A DNA stretch of 59,389 bases from Chiloscyllium plagiosum (Eukaryota), in contig NC_057719.1 in assembly GCF_004010195.1 (NCBI RefSeq), positions 92,769,465 to 92,828,853 on the forward strand, given 5' to 3'. Positions 40,345 to 52,560 of this stretch are shown one piece after another. Position numbers and translations under genes: made by a program. The notes beneath the pieces are model-generated. The model did no database searches. It worked only from the letters and a program-made list of their open reading frames with translations, and was not told the DNA's origin. Each line of letters opens with the position of its first letter. Position 1 is the first letter of the stretch.

Positions 40345-41999
40345 TCCTGCTCTTCGGATGCTGCCTGGCCTGCTGTGTTTTTCCAGCACCACATTTTTCA
40401 ACTCAACTATTTACTGTCTATTTCAATAATTTCGAGGTGTGTAACAACTGCACTGGACAGATGATTGGTGAGGACACGAAGAAAATTAGGAAATAAAATT
40501 ATCAAGGGAAGGTGGAGGATCTCAGAATGAATATAAACAGATTACATCAATAGATAATATTTTGGAATATGATGTGGCATTTAACCTGTTACTTTTATGT
40601 TTAAGAAGAATGAAAGACATTATTGAACTGAAATAGAGAGAGGTTAAATTATTTCGTGACCTCGTGTGTACAGGATGATTCACTCTGACCTGTTCAGATT
40701 TAGAAATATTGCCCTCTCTCCTTGACGATCTGCTCCATGATGTTCCCAGCGATCCCATTGCTCTCAATTCGCACGGGATATTGTAACGGGGTTGGTTGGC
40801 GGTGGGGAGGGTTGAGGGGGAGGTGTTCTAAGTCGTGTATCAAGGCAACAGCCTTTATCCGAGACAGCATCATTTCTTACTATGTGGAGACCCAAGGTAA
40901 ATGGGAATGCCTGATTACTTCTGAGTGAAAAGGCTGCAGCATCTGCCAGAACAATGAGCATTCATCAACATGGTGTACTGTGCATGGTTGCACTGTAACA
41001 TCAATGAAGTGAAAGGTTTTTGAATCCTCTGCCTCTCCTGCAAAACTAGGTACACCACTGGGGATACGGCTATCCGAGGAAAAGAAAGACGTACCCTGCA
41101 GCTACCTGTTCCGGGAGAAAGCATTGTATTCACCTCATCCACCATATATATGCTATGCACGTGGAAAGGTCCAGAGCATAGAAGCTGAATTCAATTGAGA
41201 TTCTAACAAGCACTGGCAGCACCATTCTTCCCCTGGTTTGAGGCTGCAAGTCGTGTTCAAGCAGGTTACACCACTCTGTAACCAGTTCCTTTTTTAATCA
41301 GGGTCACATAACATTTTGTTCCTGATTTAGGTTGACGTCGAGAAGCTATTCTTGGAAAACCCTGGGTGAATACGGCAAATCTCTTTCTCCAAAAACCCTC
41401 ACTCTATGTTTTCAGAACTTCCACTGTCTGCAGCTTCTGCTCCATTTATCATTCATGTTGTTAAACCAGATGCCGTAACAACCACACCCACGCTCAATGC
41501 AGAGTTGTGTCACCAACTTTTCATGTCTCCCTGAATGTCTGCAGCAGCTTACAGCACAATTTCCAGTAATCTACTCCCAGCACCTGCACTAACCTTTCAA
41601 TAGTTAAAGTCAGTCAGATGCTGCTCAGCTACAATTTAGATATCTTGACTTGATGAACAATACTCGAGGTGCTTCCTCGTGTTCCTGTACACATAATCAG
41701 CCAAAAGGGACAGACACAGGCATTCAGTGGACAGGCACACAAGTTTCAGAGACATATCTCAGCTGCGGATACACGCTAATCAACATGAAGCATTACATGG
41801 GACACTAGAAAGTGAACGACAGCCTGACACATTCCATTTCATGGATGTTGCACTTCAAAGTGCCAGCAGTTGATACGTTGGGAACCAAAACAACATGGTC
41901 TGGGAAAGATACAGAGGGACAGAAAGATTCACACAAAAGACAAAAAAAACCTGGTAGAATGTTGTGGAAATATAGGGGTAAAGAAAAGTAAGTGTGACG

Positions 42000-42445
42000 A
42001 ACCAAAGATCCTTAGATGACACATTGCGAAACCACGACCACTTCCATCTAGAAAGACAAGTGTAATAGGTACTCAGGAACACCACCACCTGCAAGTTCCC
42101 CTCCAATTCAATCACCACACTGACTTGGAAATATATTTCAATTCCTTCATAGTCGTTGGGTCAAAATCCTAGAATTCCCTCCTTACTGGCAATGTGGGTC
42201 AACCCACAGCAAGTGAACTGCAGCTCAATACCACATGGAATCTCTACTAAGTGGAAACAGGCAAGTTGGCACAACAATCCAAACGGGGACAACATGTGAA
42301 ATTCACAGAGGTAATCACCCGACGCTGCAATTGATACCATGCCCGTGGAGCTGTGAGGGAGCAGTGCTAACCACCAAGCCACTGTTGGGGTGGGCAATCA
42401 ACGCTGGCCAGGCAGTTAAGCCCACGTCCCATTGACGAAAAAAAA
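42000..42445 (+). mobile_element. 3' end of the L2/CR1-group LINE with a nested minus-strand HE1 SINE fragment (~42228-42385)
   Basis: ggaacaccaccacctgcaagttcccctcc...gggcaatcaacgctggcc. The SINE head appears as gctgtgagggagcagtgctaaccacc. Confidence 0.7.
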
Positions 42446-43605
42446 GTTCTAGATAGTCAAAATCACAAGAATTGAACATTGAAAAAAAAAACAAATCAAA
42501 CCAGAAATGGTTTGTTACATCAAATTCAGAATCTGCCTCACAGAACTAGCCCAGATAAATAAAGTTGAACGAAATTACAGCGCATCATGTAGGGCTGTTC
42601 AGGCTTCTCCATGAACTGGAATACCTGCTCAGCATGGGTACCATTGCAAAACTTTGCCAGTATATTTGTTCTGAAATTGCACTTTTTAAATGCTTCTCTC
42701 GAGGAACTTTACAGTCCATGGTGTCGATGACAGAAAATGAGGCTACTAAATTCCAAGTCTGTACCTCTCCATTGTATCAGTTAAAGGCAAAGCGTTTTAT
42801 GTGTGATGTGGTTTGGGGAGGGGGCTGATGTTGGTGAGTGGTGATAAATGTCAAAGTCACTGTTGGAGAGAGAGAACACATGTGGAGGATATCAGCTGAT
42901 TTATGAACAAATGACAGGGACTTGGGTAATCGACAGAGAGAGACTGGGGACTTTAGACTCAAACCAACACAGAATAATGTGCATAGAAATGATGGATGGA
43001 TTGGCTGCTGGTTTCAGGACTGATATGAGCCATGCGGTATCGACTAAAATTTGCTTATACATGTTTAAAGCAGATTATTTACATCATAATTACTAAAATT
43101 CGTCGTTCAATGTTAAATTAGCGTGATGAGCTAATGAATTATATTCAAGAATTGTTAATCATTGAAGATAGGAATGATGAGGGTATGGTGTCAGGAATCA
43201 ACTCATGTTCAAAGGGAACACCACATTTGTGATTTGTCTGTTTCAGACCCAGCTATTGGTCAGGGATGGAATATAGTCAGAGGAAAGGAATGGAGTTAGT
43301 GACGAGTACAAAAGACAGTGACCTCTATGCTTTGAATATTCAAATAACAAAGGGCAGTGATACAATAAATCCTGGGTCACATTTGATACTAAGTAGTCAA
43401 TAAAGAGACGCACCAGGGACACAGCCAGAAACGATGAGCGACATAGTCAATGTTCAGATAGACTCAGGCAGTTCGTAGTGGAGTGCAGAACGAATATCTG
43501 GATTCAGAGTCTCAGCAGAAACAATAATAGTAACAAGGAAATGAAAAGAACAGTAACACAGTCATAAATAATTTATAGAAATAAGAAACAAATAGTGAGA
43601 CTTAC

Positions 43606-43753
43606 CAGGTACACCAATGATAGCTAGGATAGGATAATAAAAATATTTAAGCAGGTAAAGTACATATCGGATTCGTGTTGATAATGGCCATTGATAAAAA
43701 TATAGAGAAAGCGCAAAAGCAATCCCATATAAACTTCTGTCCATTGCTGTCAT
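43606..43753 (-). CDS. Coding exon 1 of a GPR139/GPR142-like orphan class A GPCR (N-terminus and first half of TM1)
   Basis: First in-frame ATG is at 43753 (MTAMDRSLYG...KYFYYPILAIIGVP), with an upstream in-frame TAG at 43861-43859. The exon ends CCT G|GTAAGT (donor GT at 43605-43604, phase 1). YYPILAIIGVP is the typical TM1 start of this family. An alternative ATG lies at 43744. Confidence 0.85.
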
Positions 43754-44087
43754 ATTCAAGTCTGATGCTCTCAGATTCTGATCCAGTGTTTTAACATTCC
43801 AGTCTAATGTCCCCTGATTCTGAACTCTCCTCACCCCTCTCTCTGGAATGATGGCCCCCTATTAGTGTTGTTGCTGATACTCCTGCTCATACAATGGCAT
43901 AAATAGTTGAACGGAACCCATTTATGATTAAAAGATGGAAACACACCACTGTGATAAATGAAGTCCATGGGGATTGATATTAATCACAGCAGTTGAAAAA
44001 ACTGGTTGAGTTAACCCCTTCCTTACATCACATTTCATATCCCAATAAAAGGGAATATTCATTTGGTCTGGATCAGTCTATCGCATA

Positions 44088-44250
44088 GAGACAGGTGGAG
44101 GTCATTCAATCCCAAAAGTTGTTATATCGAAACAGCAGGTGGACATTCTGCATCTCACATTTGCAGTACAAGACGCATTCATTCAGCCTCTTCAGCCTGT
44201 TCCGTCAGAACAGGAGGATGCCATTCAACCTCTCGAAATTGTGTCACAGT
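44088..44250. repeat. Degenerate ~42-bp tandem repeat resembling the CR1 3' tail
   Basis: Units like acaggaggatgccattcaacctctcg, about 4 copies. Confidence 0.6.
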
Positions 44251-44299
44251 GCAATTAGTTTTATATCGTTATTGAGAAGAATAGATCTATCGACCTGAC

Positions 44300-44488
44300 A
44301 TAGAATCATAGAATCCCAGCAGTGTGGAAACAGCCCATTTGGCCCAACAGGTTTAATACACCTAACCTAGACATCCCTCATCAATATTGGCAATTTTGCT
44401 TGACCAATTCACCCAACCTGTACATCTTTGATCTGTGGGAGGAAACCAGAGTACTGAGAGTAAACATACACAGTCACGGGGACAATGT
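44300..44488 (-). mobile_element. Truncated HE1 SINE
   Basis: catagaatccc..agtgtggaaacag and ctgtgggaggaaacc motifs. Confidence 0.75.
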
Positions 44489-44489
44489 T

Positions 44490-45735
44490 ATTTATTGAAA
44501 TGATTTGAATTTAAATATGAGAGTAATAGTACATTTACAGGTAACACCAACGTTAATAGTAAATTCGACAGTGAAGAAGTTTATCTCAGAGAACAAAGGT
44601 ACCTTGATTGGGTCGGCTGAGGACTGACAAACGGAGTTCATTTTAGATATGTGTGAGGTGTTTCAATTTAGTAAAGCAAATTAGGGCAAGACTTGAAAAA
44701 AAATGGTCGGGTCCCATGAAATGTTGCTAAATAGAGACATTCAGAGAAACTATAGAATCCATACAATGCAGAAACAAGCTATTCAAATCATTCCGACCCT
44801 CTGAGGGATATTACAACATGCACATCCTATTCTATCCCGTAAAACGATATGGCAAAACCATTTAGCTTGCTTATTCTTGAACACTGTGGATAATCCAGCA
44901 TGGCCAATCTTTGGACTGTGGGAGGAAACTCAAACAGACATGGCGTGAATGCGCAAACTTCACACAGGCAGAAAACCAAGGGTGGCATCGATTCTAGATG
45001 CCCAGCAATGTGAATCTGTAGTGTTTTCTACTGAGTCACTGTGCTGTATTGGTGGCAGACTCGTAGTTCCTTGTACATGGAGTCAAAGTTAGACTGGGTA
45101 GTGAAGAAGGTGTTTGATGCACTTGCCCTTATTGTTCAGTGAATTGAATACAAGAGTTGGGTTGACATGGTTCGACTGTGCAGAACATCAGTTAGTCCAG
45201 TTTTGGAATATAGTGTTTGATTCTGATCTACCGATTATAAAAGTGTTGTTAAACTTGAAAATGTGAAGAAAATGTTGACATTATGTTATTGGGTTTGAAG
45301 GCTTTGAGCTCTATGGCGTGGCTGAATGGTCTGGGGTTATTTTCTCTGGGAAGTTGAAGGGTTGAGGGAAGACCTTAAAAATTTTTGTAAAATCATTAAG
45401 GGCATGTATCAGCCAAATTGCCAAAGTAGCATATGTGATTTCAAACTTAGAGGCCATGGGATTAAGTTAAGATGGCAAAGATGCAAAAGGGACCTAACGT
45501 GCAACGTTTTCATGCAGAGGGTGGTGCATGTATAGAATGAATGGCTATAGGTAGTGGTGAACCTTGGGACCATTGTAACATTTAAAAGGCATATGGAGGG
45601 TTTTATGAATGGGAAGATCTTATAGGGATATGCACCAAATGCTGGAAAATGGTACTTGATAAAGTTAGGTGACCTAGTCGGCGTAGATAAGTTGGAATGA
45701 ATGGTCTGTTTTCATGCAATACATTTCTCTGAGTC
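44490..45735 (+). mobile_element. Decayed CR1 3' part with a nested minus-strand HE1 SINE (~44745-45046)
   Basis: NVFMQRVV-type C-terminus and tail. Inner SINE motifs tttggactgtgggaggaaac and ctgagtcactgtgctg. Confidence 0.75.
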
Positions 45736-45747
45736 TGGAAGTCAATA

Positions 45748-45962
45748 ACTGGAGGAAGCCATTCAGCCTCTCGAGCCTGTTACAGAGGAACAGGAGGAAG
45801 TCATTCAGCCTTTCGAAACTGTCATGCAGAAAGAGTAGGAGGTAATTCACTCCCTTGATTATTTTACCGAGGAAGAGGAGGTGGCCATGCAGTCTCTTGA
45901 ATCTATTACACAGGAACACGAGAAGACCATTTATCTTCACAAGTCTGCTATACAAAAACACA
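45748..45962. repeat. ~42-bp tandem repeat (about 5 copies) resembling the CR1 3' tail
   Basis: ggaggaagccattcagcctctcgagcctgttacagaggaaca repeated. This produces the periodic ORF 45674..45961. Confidence 0.8.
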
Positions 45963-46399
45963 GCAATTCCGTTTGTTTGCTTAATTATAGAGAGAAGAAA
46001 AAACAGAAATATATCTTTAAGATTTTGAGGACATTTTAAGGAGCAGAAAAAAAGCTTTCAGTCAATGGAAGCTGCAAGGAATGTGAATGGACCATTGTGG
46101 CCCTCAATTCCATTCCATAGGAGCAGCTGGAGAACCTATGAATCAGGAGCAGGAATAGGACATGCATTTTCATAAACCTGGTGCACAAGAACAGTCGGCA
46201 GTATTTCAACTGCTCTGGACTGGATTACAGGAAAATCTGGATGTGATTGAGCGCTGGGATCCTGTTTCAGAGAAACAGGAGGAGTGGACTCACTCCATAG
46301 CGGTATGAAAATGGGAATTGGTTTGTTACAAACTGAAATATATGAGTGAGTTGTAGGAAAAGGCCATTCAGACGTGACCCAAAATCCAATAAGATGTTG

Positions 46400-49300
46400 G
46401 CGATCTGAATGTGACTCCTCCTGATTCCATCTTACAGCGATTTACTTCTCTGCAGCCTCTGCTCCATTCTTTGTTCACGGTGCAGATCCAGATGCTATTG
46501 CTAGATGAGGTGCGAGGGAGGAGCGAAGGACTGCTGTGAAATTGAGTAAAAGCGTTTAAAACACTTACCTCAAGCGTAGGGCATCCATTTGCCGAGAGGT
46601 GCGAGGGAGGAGCAAAGGACTGCTGGGAAGTTTTTAAGTGGGTGGGATCTAAACCCGAGTCCTTACACCGCAGGGCCTCGCTCCCACCCACCTTCTCTCA
46701 CCTTACTAAGCGTCTTTAATCTCTGTAAGTTTTAAGTTTCTCATTATTTTTTCTTCTCTTCCTTTATTTAGTCCTGTGCGGGCTTTCGGCATTGCCAGGT
46801 ATGGATGTTAGGGCAGTTACATGTTCCTGGTACAGAATGTAACAGGTGGGAGACACTTCACATGTCTCTGCCAACTACATTTGTGGAAAGTGCACCCAAC
46901 TCCAGCTCTTCGAAAACCGAATTAGGGAACTGGAGCTGGATCTGGATGTAATACGGATCATCCGGGATGCTGAGGGGGAAATTGAGAGGATGTACAGGGA
47001 GGTTGTCACTCCAAAGACACAGGATAAGAACAGCTGGCTTACTGTCAAGGGGAGGAAAGGGAACTGATGGTCAGAGTAGGGATCCCCTGTGGCCGTTCCC
47101 ATAAGCAATAAGTATATCATTTTGGATACTGCTGGTGGGGACAGTCTACCAGGGTAAAGCCATAGTTGTCGGGTCTCTGGCACTGAGCCTGGCACTGTGG
47201 CTCAGAAGGGAAGTGGAGAAAATAGAAAAGCGCTAGTGGTAGGGGACCCAATAGTTAGAGAGATTGACAGGAGATTTTGTGGTCAGGAACGGGACTCCGG
47301 AAGCTATGTTGCCTCTGCGGTACCAGGCTCCAGGATGTCACCGATCAGGTTTACAGGATTCTGAAGGGGGAGGGTGAGCAGCCAGAAATCGTGGTATATA
47401 TTGGCACCAATGATATAGCCAGGAAAGGGACTGAAGATTGGAAAAGCGATTACACAGAGTTAGGTTGGAAGCTGAAGAACAGGACGAGTAGAGTAATGAT
47501 CTCAGATTTGCTACCGGTGCCACGAGATAGTGAGATGGGGAACAGTAAGCGAATGCAGCTTAATACATGGCTGCGAGGCTGGTGCAGGAGGGAACGCTTC
47601 GGATACCGAGACCATTGGGATACCTTCTGGGAAAGGTCAGATCTGTACATGAAGGACGGATTGCACATGAACTGGAGGGGCACAAATGCCCTGAGTGGGA
47701 GATCTGCTCGTGTGATTTTGGAGGGTTTAAATTAGTTTGGCGTGGTGTTGGTGGAAATCAGAGTCACATGTCTGAGAGCGGACATTTCCAGATGTGGCAG
47801 TGATAGGATGTATTGAAACTATGGGGAAGGTGTCTCATGTGATGAAACAAAAGGGTCGGTGAAAGTGCGTCTGCATTAATGCAAAGAGTATCCAAAATAA
47901 GAGTGACGAACTTAGAGCATGGATCAGTACTTGGGGCTACGATGTTGTGGCCATAACGGAGACGTGGGTTTCACTGGGGCTTGATATTCCAGGGTTTAGA
48001 ATGTTTAAAAAGAACAGGAAGGGTGGAAAAAGAGGAGGGGGTGTAGCATTGATAATCAGAGAATGCATCACAGCTACAGAAACGAAGATTCTTGAGCAAG
48101 GTTTGTCTACAGCGTCAGTGTGGGTGGAATTTAGGAACAAGGTAACAGCCACCGCATTGGGGTTTTCAACAGACCACCTAATAGCTGTAGAGAAATGGAA
48201 GAACTCATAGGCGGGCAGATTCTGACAAAATGCAGATGTAGCAGTGTAGTTGTTATGGGTGATTTCAACTTTCCAAATATCGACTGGAACCTCCTAAGTG
48301 CAGATGGTTTGGATTGAGCCGTTTTTGTCAGGTGTGTTCAGGAAGGTTTCCTTACTCAGTATATGGTCAGACCGACGAGGGGAGAAGCCATTTTGGATTT
48401 GGTGCTAGGCAAAGAGGTGACAGGTGACAGATATCGCGGTGGGGGAACACTTTGGTGACAGTGAACATAACTGCCTCACATTTACCATAAATTTGGAGAT
48501 GGAAAGGGGCAGTTACCGATGGAAGATATTTAATTGGGGTAAAAGAAATTATGACGCTATCATACAGGAGTTCAGAAGTACAAAGTGGGAGCAAGTGTTC
48601 CACAGAAGGGGCACAGCAGACTTGTGGAGACTTCTGAAGGAGAAGTTTTTGCGAGTGATGCACGAATTTGTTCCTCTGAGACAGGTAAAAAGGAGGAATA
48701 TTAAGGAACCCAGGATGACGAGAACAGAGGAGTTTCTTGTCAAAAGGAAGAAGGCAGCTTACGTCAGGTGGAGGAAGCAAGGATCTAGCACAGCTTTAGA
48801 GGATTACAGGCTTGCCGGAAAGGAGCTCAAAAATGGGCTGAGGAGAGCCAGGATGGGGCACGAAAAAGGCTTGGCTAGAAGGATTAGGGAGATTCGAAAG
48901 GCATTTTACTCATACGTGAGGAATAAAATAATGATCAGGGAGAAGGTCAGGCCGATCAGGGATACCGGAGGGTACTTGTGCGTGGAGTCTGAACACATAG
49001 GGGAGACCCTAAATGAGTTTTTTGCTTCGGTTTTCACCAAGGAAAGGGACCTTGTTGTAAATGAAAATTTTGAAGAGGTGGGATACAGTCTTGACCCGAT
49101 CAAGATTGATTAAGTTGATGTGCTAGAAATTTTGGAAAACATTAAGATTTGTAAGTGCCTAGGGCCAGGTCAGATTAATCCTCGACTAATACTAAGCCAT
49201 TGGCGAGGATATTTGCCTCCTCACTTTCCACGGGAGTCATACCAGCGGATTGGAAGGAGGTGAATGTTGTTACTTTTTTCAAGAAGGGTAATAGGGAAAT

Positions 49301-50667
49301 CCCTGGCAATTACAGACCAGTCAGTCTTACGTCTGTGGTCAGCAACATTTTGCAAAGAATTCTGAGCGATAGCATTTATGAGTACTTGGCAAAGCATAGT
49401 GTGATTAAAGGCAGTCAGTATGGCTTTGTGAGGGGCAGGTCATGCCTCACAAATCTTATTGAGTTCTTTGAGGTGGTGACAAGACAGATCGACGAAGGTC
49501 GAGCAGTGGATGTGGCATATATGGACTTCAGAAAGGCATTTGATAAGATTCCTCATGGGAGGCTCATTCATAAAGTCAGGAGGTATGGGATACAGGGAGA
49601 TTTGACTGTCTGGATTCATAATTGGCTTGCTAACAGAAGGCAGAGAGTGATTGTCGATGAGAAGTTTTCTGCCTGGATGTCAGTGTTGAGTGGGGTCCCA
49701 TAGGGCTCTGTTCTTGGGCCTCTGCTCTTTGTAGTTTTTATAAATGAATTGAATGAGGAAGTTGAGAGTTGGGTTAGTAAATTTGCAGAGGACACAAAGG
49801 TTGGAGGTGTCATCAATAGTATCGAGGGCTACTGCAGGTTGCAGCGTGGCATAGGTTGCAGAGCTGGGCTGAGAAGTGGCAGATGGAGTTCAACCTGGAT
49901 GAAAGCGAGGTGATGCATTTTGGAAGGTAGAATCCAAATGCAGAATATAGGATTAAAGACAGGATTCTTGGCAGTGTGGAGGAACAGAGGGATATTGGTA
50001 TGCAAGTACGTAGATCCCTCAAAGTTGCCACCCAAGTGGATAGGGTTGTTAAGAAAGCAAATGGTGTTTTGGCTTTCATTAATCGCGAGGGTTGCGTTTA
50101 AGAGCTGTGATGATTCGCTACAGCTGTTCAAGTCCCTGGTGAGACCACACTTGCAATACTGTGTCCAGTTCTGATCGCCCTACTATAGGAAAGATACAGA
50201 GGCTTTGGAGAGGGTGCAATGAAGGTTTTCCTGGATGTTGCCTGGACTGGAGGGCTTGCCTTATGAAGAAATGTTGAATATGCTCAGACATTTCTCTCAG
50301 CAGAGAAGCAGGAAGAGAGGAGACCTGATTGAGGTATACAAGATAATGAGTGGAATAGATAGAGTCAATAGCCAGAGACTTTTCCCCAGGGCAGGATTGA
50401 CTGGTTCAAGGAGTCTCAGTTTGAAGATATTAGGTGGAATGTATAAAAGCAACATCAGAGGTGGGCTCTTTAGACAGAGTTGTGAATGCATGGAATGCTT
50501 TGCCAGCTGTTGTGTGGGATGCAGAGTCATTATGGACATTTAAGCGACTGCTGGATATGCATATAGATAGCAGTGAGTTGAGGCGTGTGTAGGTTAAGTT
50601 ATTATATTTTATGTTAGGATTAAACCGCTGCACAACATAGTGGGCCAAAGGACCTGTTCTGTGCTGT
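46400..50667 (+). mobile_element. Near full-length but disabled CR1 LINE (5' UTR, ORF1, ORF2, tail)
   Basis: ORF1 from ATG 46801 has Cys motifs (CGKC), a coiled coil and an SGNH esterase (VVGD, IGTNDI, DGLH), ending GLN* at 47735. ORF2 has AITETW (APE) and YMDFRKAFDKIPH (RT). Many stops and frameshifts. The 5' UTR has a duplicated gaggtgcgagggaggagc motif (46507, 46596). The 5' boundary is approximate. Confidence 0.92.
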
Positions 50668-50814
50668 AAGTCAACAGCAGCTCGAAAAACAACCTTCAGG
50701 AAACCATCAGCACCATTCCTACGATCTTTACAAAATAAGAATTAAGTAAAACGCCACTCAACTACAAGTTAGGAAACTGGTTTGAAACGACAACCAAACG
50801 TTAATTTGAATTTG

Positions 50815-51048
50815 AATTTTTCACGCAGAGGGTGGTACGTGTATGGAATGAGCTGCCAGAGGATGTGGTGGAGGCTGGTACAGTTGCAACATTTAAGAGG
50901 CATTTGGATGGGTATATGAATAGGAAGGGTTTGGAGGGATATGGGCCGGGTGCTGGCAGGTGGGACGAGATTGGGTTGGGATATTTGGTCGGCATGGACG
51001 GGTTGGATCGAAGGGTCTGTTTCCATGCTGTACATCTCTATGACTCTA
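50815..51048 (+). mobile_element. Short young CR1 3' end
   Basis: FTQRVVRVWNELPEDVVEAG...GYMNRKGLEGYG and tail ctctatgactcta. Confidence 0.9.
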
Positions 51049-51859
51049 CACTGGTGATTGTTTACCAAAGGTTAAAATAAAGAAGCCTAAGAGGATGGAA
51101 AAGAGGTGAAAGACTTCACTGTAATGGAGTGGGAGACAGGAAATTACAGAGCTGGTGGTTTAAGAAGGGCACGGAGAAAAAGTGTTCTCACTGCCATAAA
51201 GTGGTGCACATAAAGTCGCAGTGCTCGTCATAAGGGAAAGGGACCATGGGAAAGGGTGTGGCATTAGTGAAAGTAGTAAAGTATTCCCAAGAAGAGCCTA
51301 AGAGGTGAAGGAGAGTGCACAGCCTTGGCAGGGACTGGGTTTGAAGTTAGTGCTTGAGCTCTACAAAGACTTTGCCTCTGTGGGTAAAGTATACTGAGAA
51401 AGAACGGTGGAGAAGGGAAGTAAGTTATAAGTTTGAGAGATACAGGATCTAACTAGTTTCTAAACTGAAGGAATTTGCACTCTTTCTGATCTGTTACTCG
51501 AGAGGGCAGTCATTTGTGGGATAGACAGACAAAAATTTAGCATTCCCTCATGTAGGATCAAGTTGGAGTGCCAACTCAGTACGGGGGAATGTAACCGTTG
51601 GAGTGATTGACAGAGTGTCAGTTCCAAGAATGCAGTTTGCTCTTCGGAGCGGTTTAGCAGGGTCCACGGTGGGAATGACAACACTTGTTGTGGAGAAGTC
51701 CCAGAAGACCTACCGAACCCAGAAACTGTCCCAGTGCCTAAAAGAATCTAAATCCTTCTCTGGTACACCATTTCTCCAGCCATTCATCTAGCTGATCTCT
51801 CCTCTTATTCCTGCTCTCACTAGCACATGACACTGGGAGCAAGTCTGACATTATTACAT

Positions 51860-52560
51860 TTCAGGAGCTACAGGTGTCTCTGATCTGCCTATCTCCAGCT
51901 TTCAGGCCCTCATCCCTTTGTTTAGCAATGTCATTGTATTCCACGACCACTGGCTGTTTACCCTTCAGCTCCATAATGTCTTGCAGCCACTCCATAATAT
52001 CGCGGATTCTGGCACCAGGGAGGTAACATATCATTCTGGATTCATGACTGTGGCCACATAACTGCCTACTTGTACCCCTGACAATTGAATTCTCTGTCAT
52101 TCTCTTTCCTTCTCTTCATGCCGCAGAGCTATCTGTGGTGTCGTGAATCTGGCTATTACTGATTTCCCTTCAGAGGCCACCCCACCCGCTCCCACCCCAA
52201 CATTAACCAAAGCGGTATACAGTATCTATTTGACAAGGGGATAACCACTGGGGACTCCTGCATTACCATCCTGGGCCTTTCACTTGATCTTATGTTCACC
52301 TATTCCTTTTCTTCCTGTGTAATCTTCACCTACAGTGCGACAAAATCACTAAACGTGATGTCCAAAAGTTTTTCAGTATCGCACATGCTCTACAGTGAGT
52401 CCACTCACAGCTCCAGCTCAGAAAATCAGTTTCCCAGTAGCTGCAGTTGCGCACACCTCATGCACACATAGCCGTCAGGGACGCTGGAAGCGTCCCTTAT
52501 TTTCCACATTGTGCAAGAGGAAGATACATGGGTCTGAGGTTTCCTGTCACAACATCTCTC
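51860..52560 (-). mobile_element. CR1 ORF1 (esterase) fragment
   Basis: Minus-strand NSIVRGTSRQLCGHSHESRMICYLPGARIRDI. Confidence 0.75.

Larger units (their letters stand above)
40180..40404 (-). mobile_element. Palindromic PLE-derived mini-element with head-to-head hammerheads
   Basis: Perfect 11-bp TSD AACTATTTACT (40169-40179 and 40405-40415). 94-bp arms at 40214-40307 and 40311-40404 (4 mismatches), plus a 34-bp unpaired tail. Confidence 0.9.

Noticed and set aside
40167..40496. Mirror-image ORFs MWCWKNTAGQ... on both strands (likewise MGFLGFVV... at 56506-56851)
   Set aside because: These are by-products of the palindromes, with no protein-like features.
40780..41640. Possible Gypsy integrase or LTR remnant
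   Set aside because: Only faint hints (tgtaacgggg, SGPFHV/DEVN-like words). Not supportable without a search.
45674..45961. 95-aa Leu-rich periodic ORF
   Set aside because: It is a translation of the 42-bp tandem repeat.
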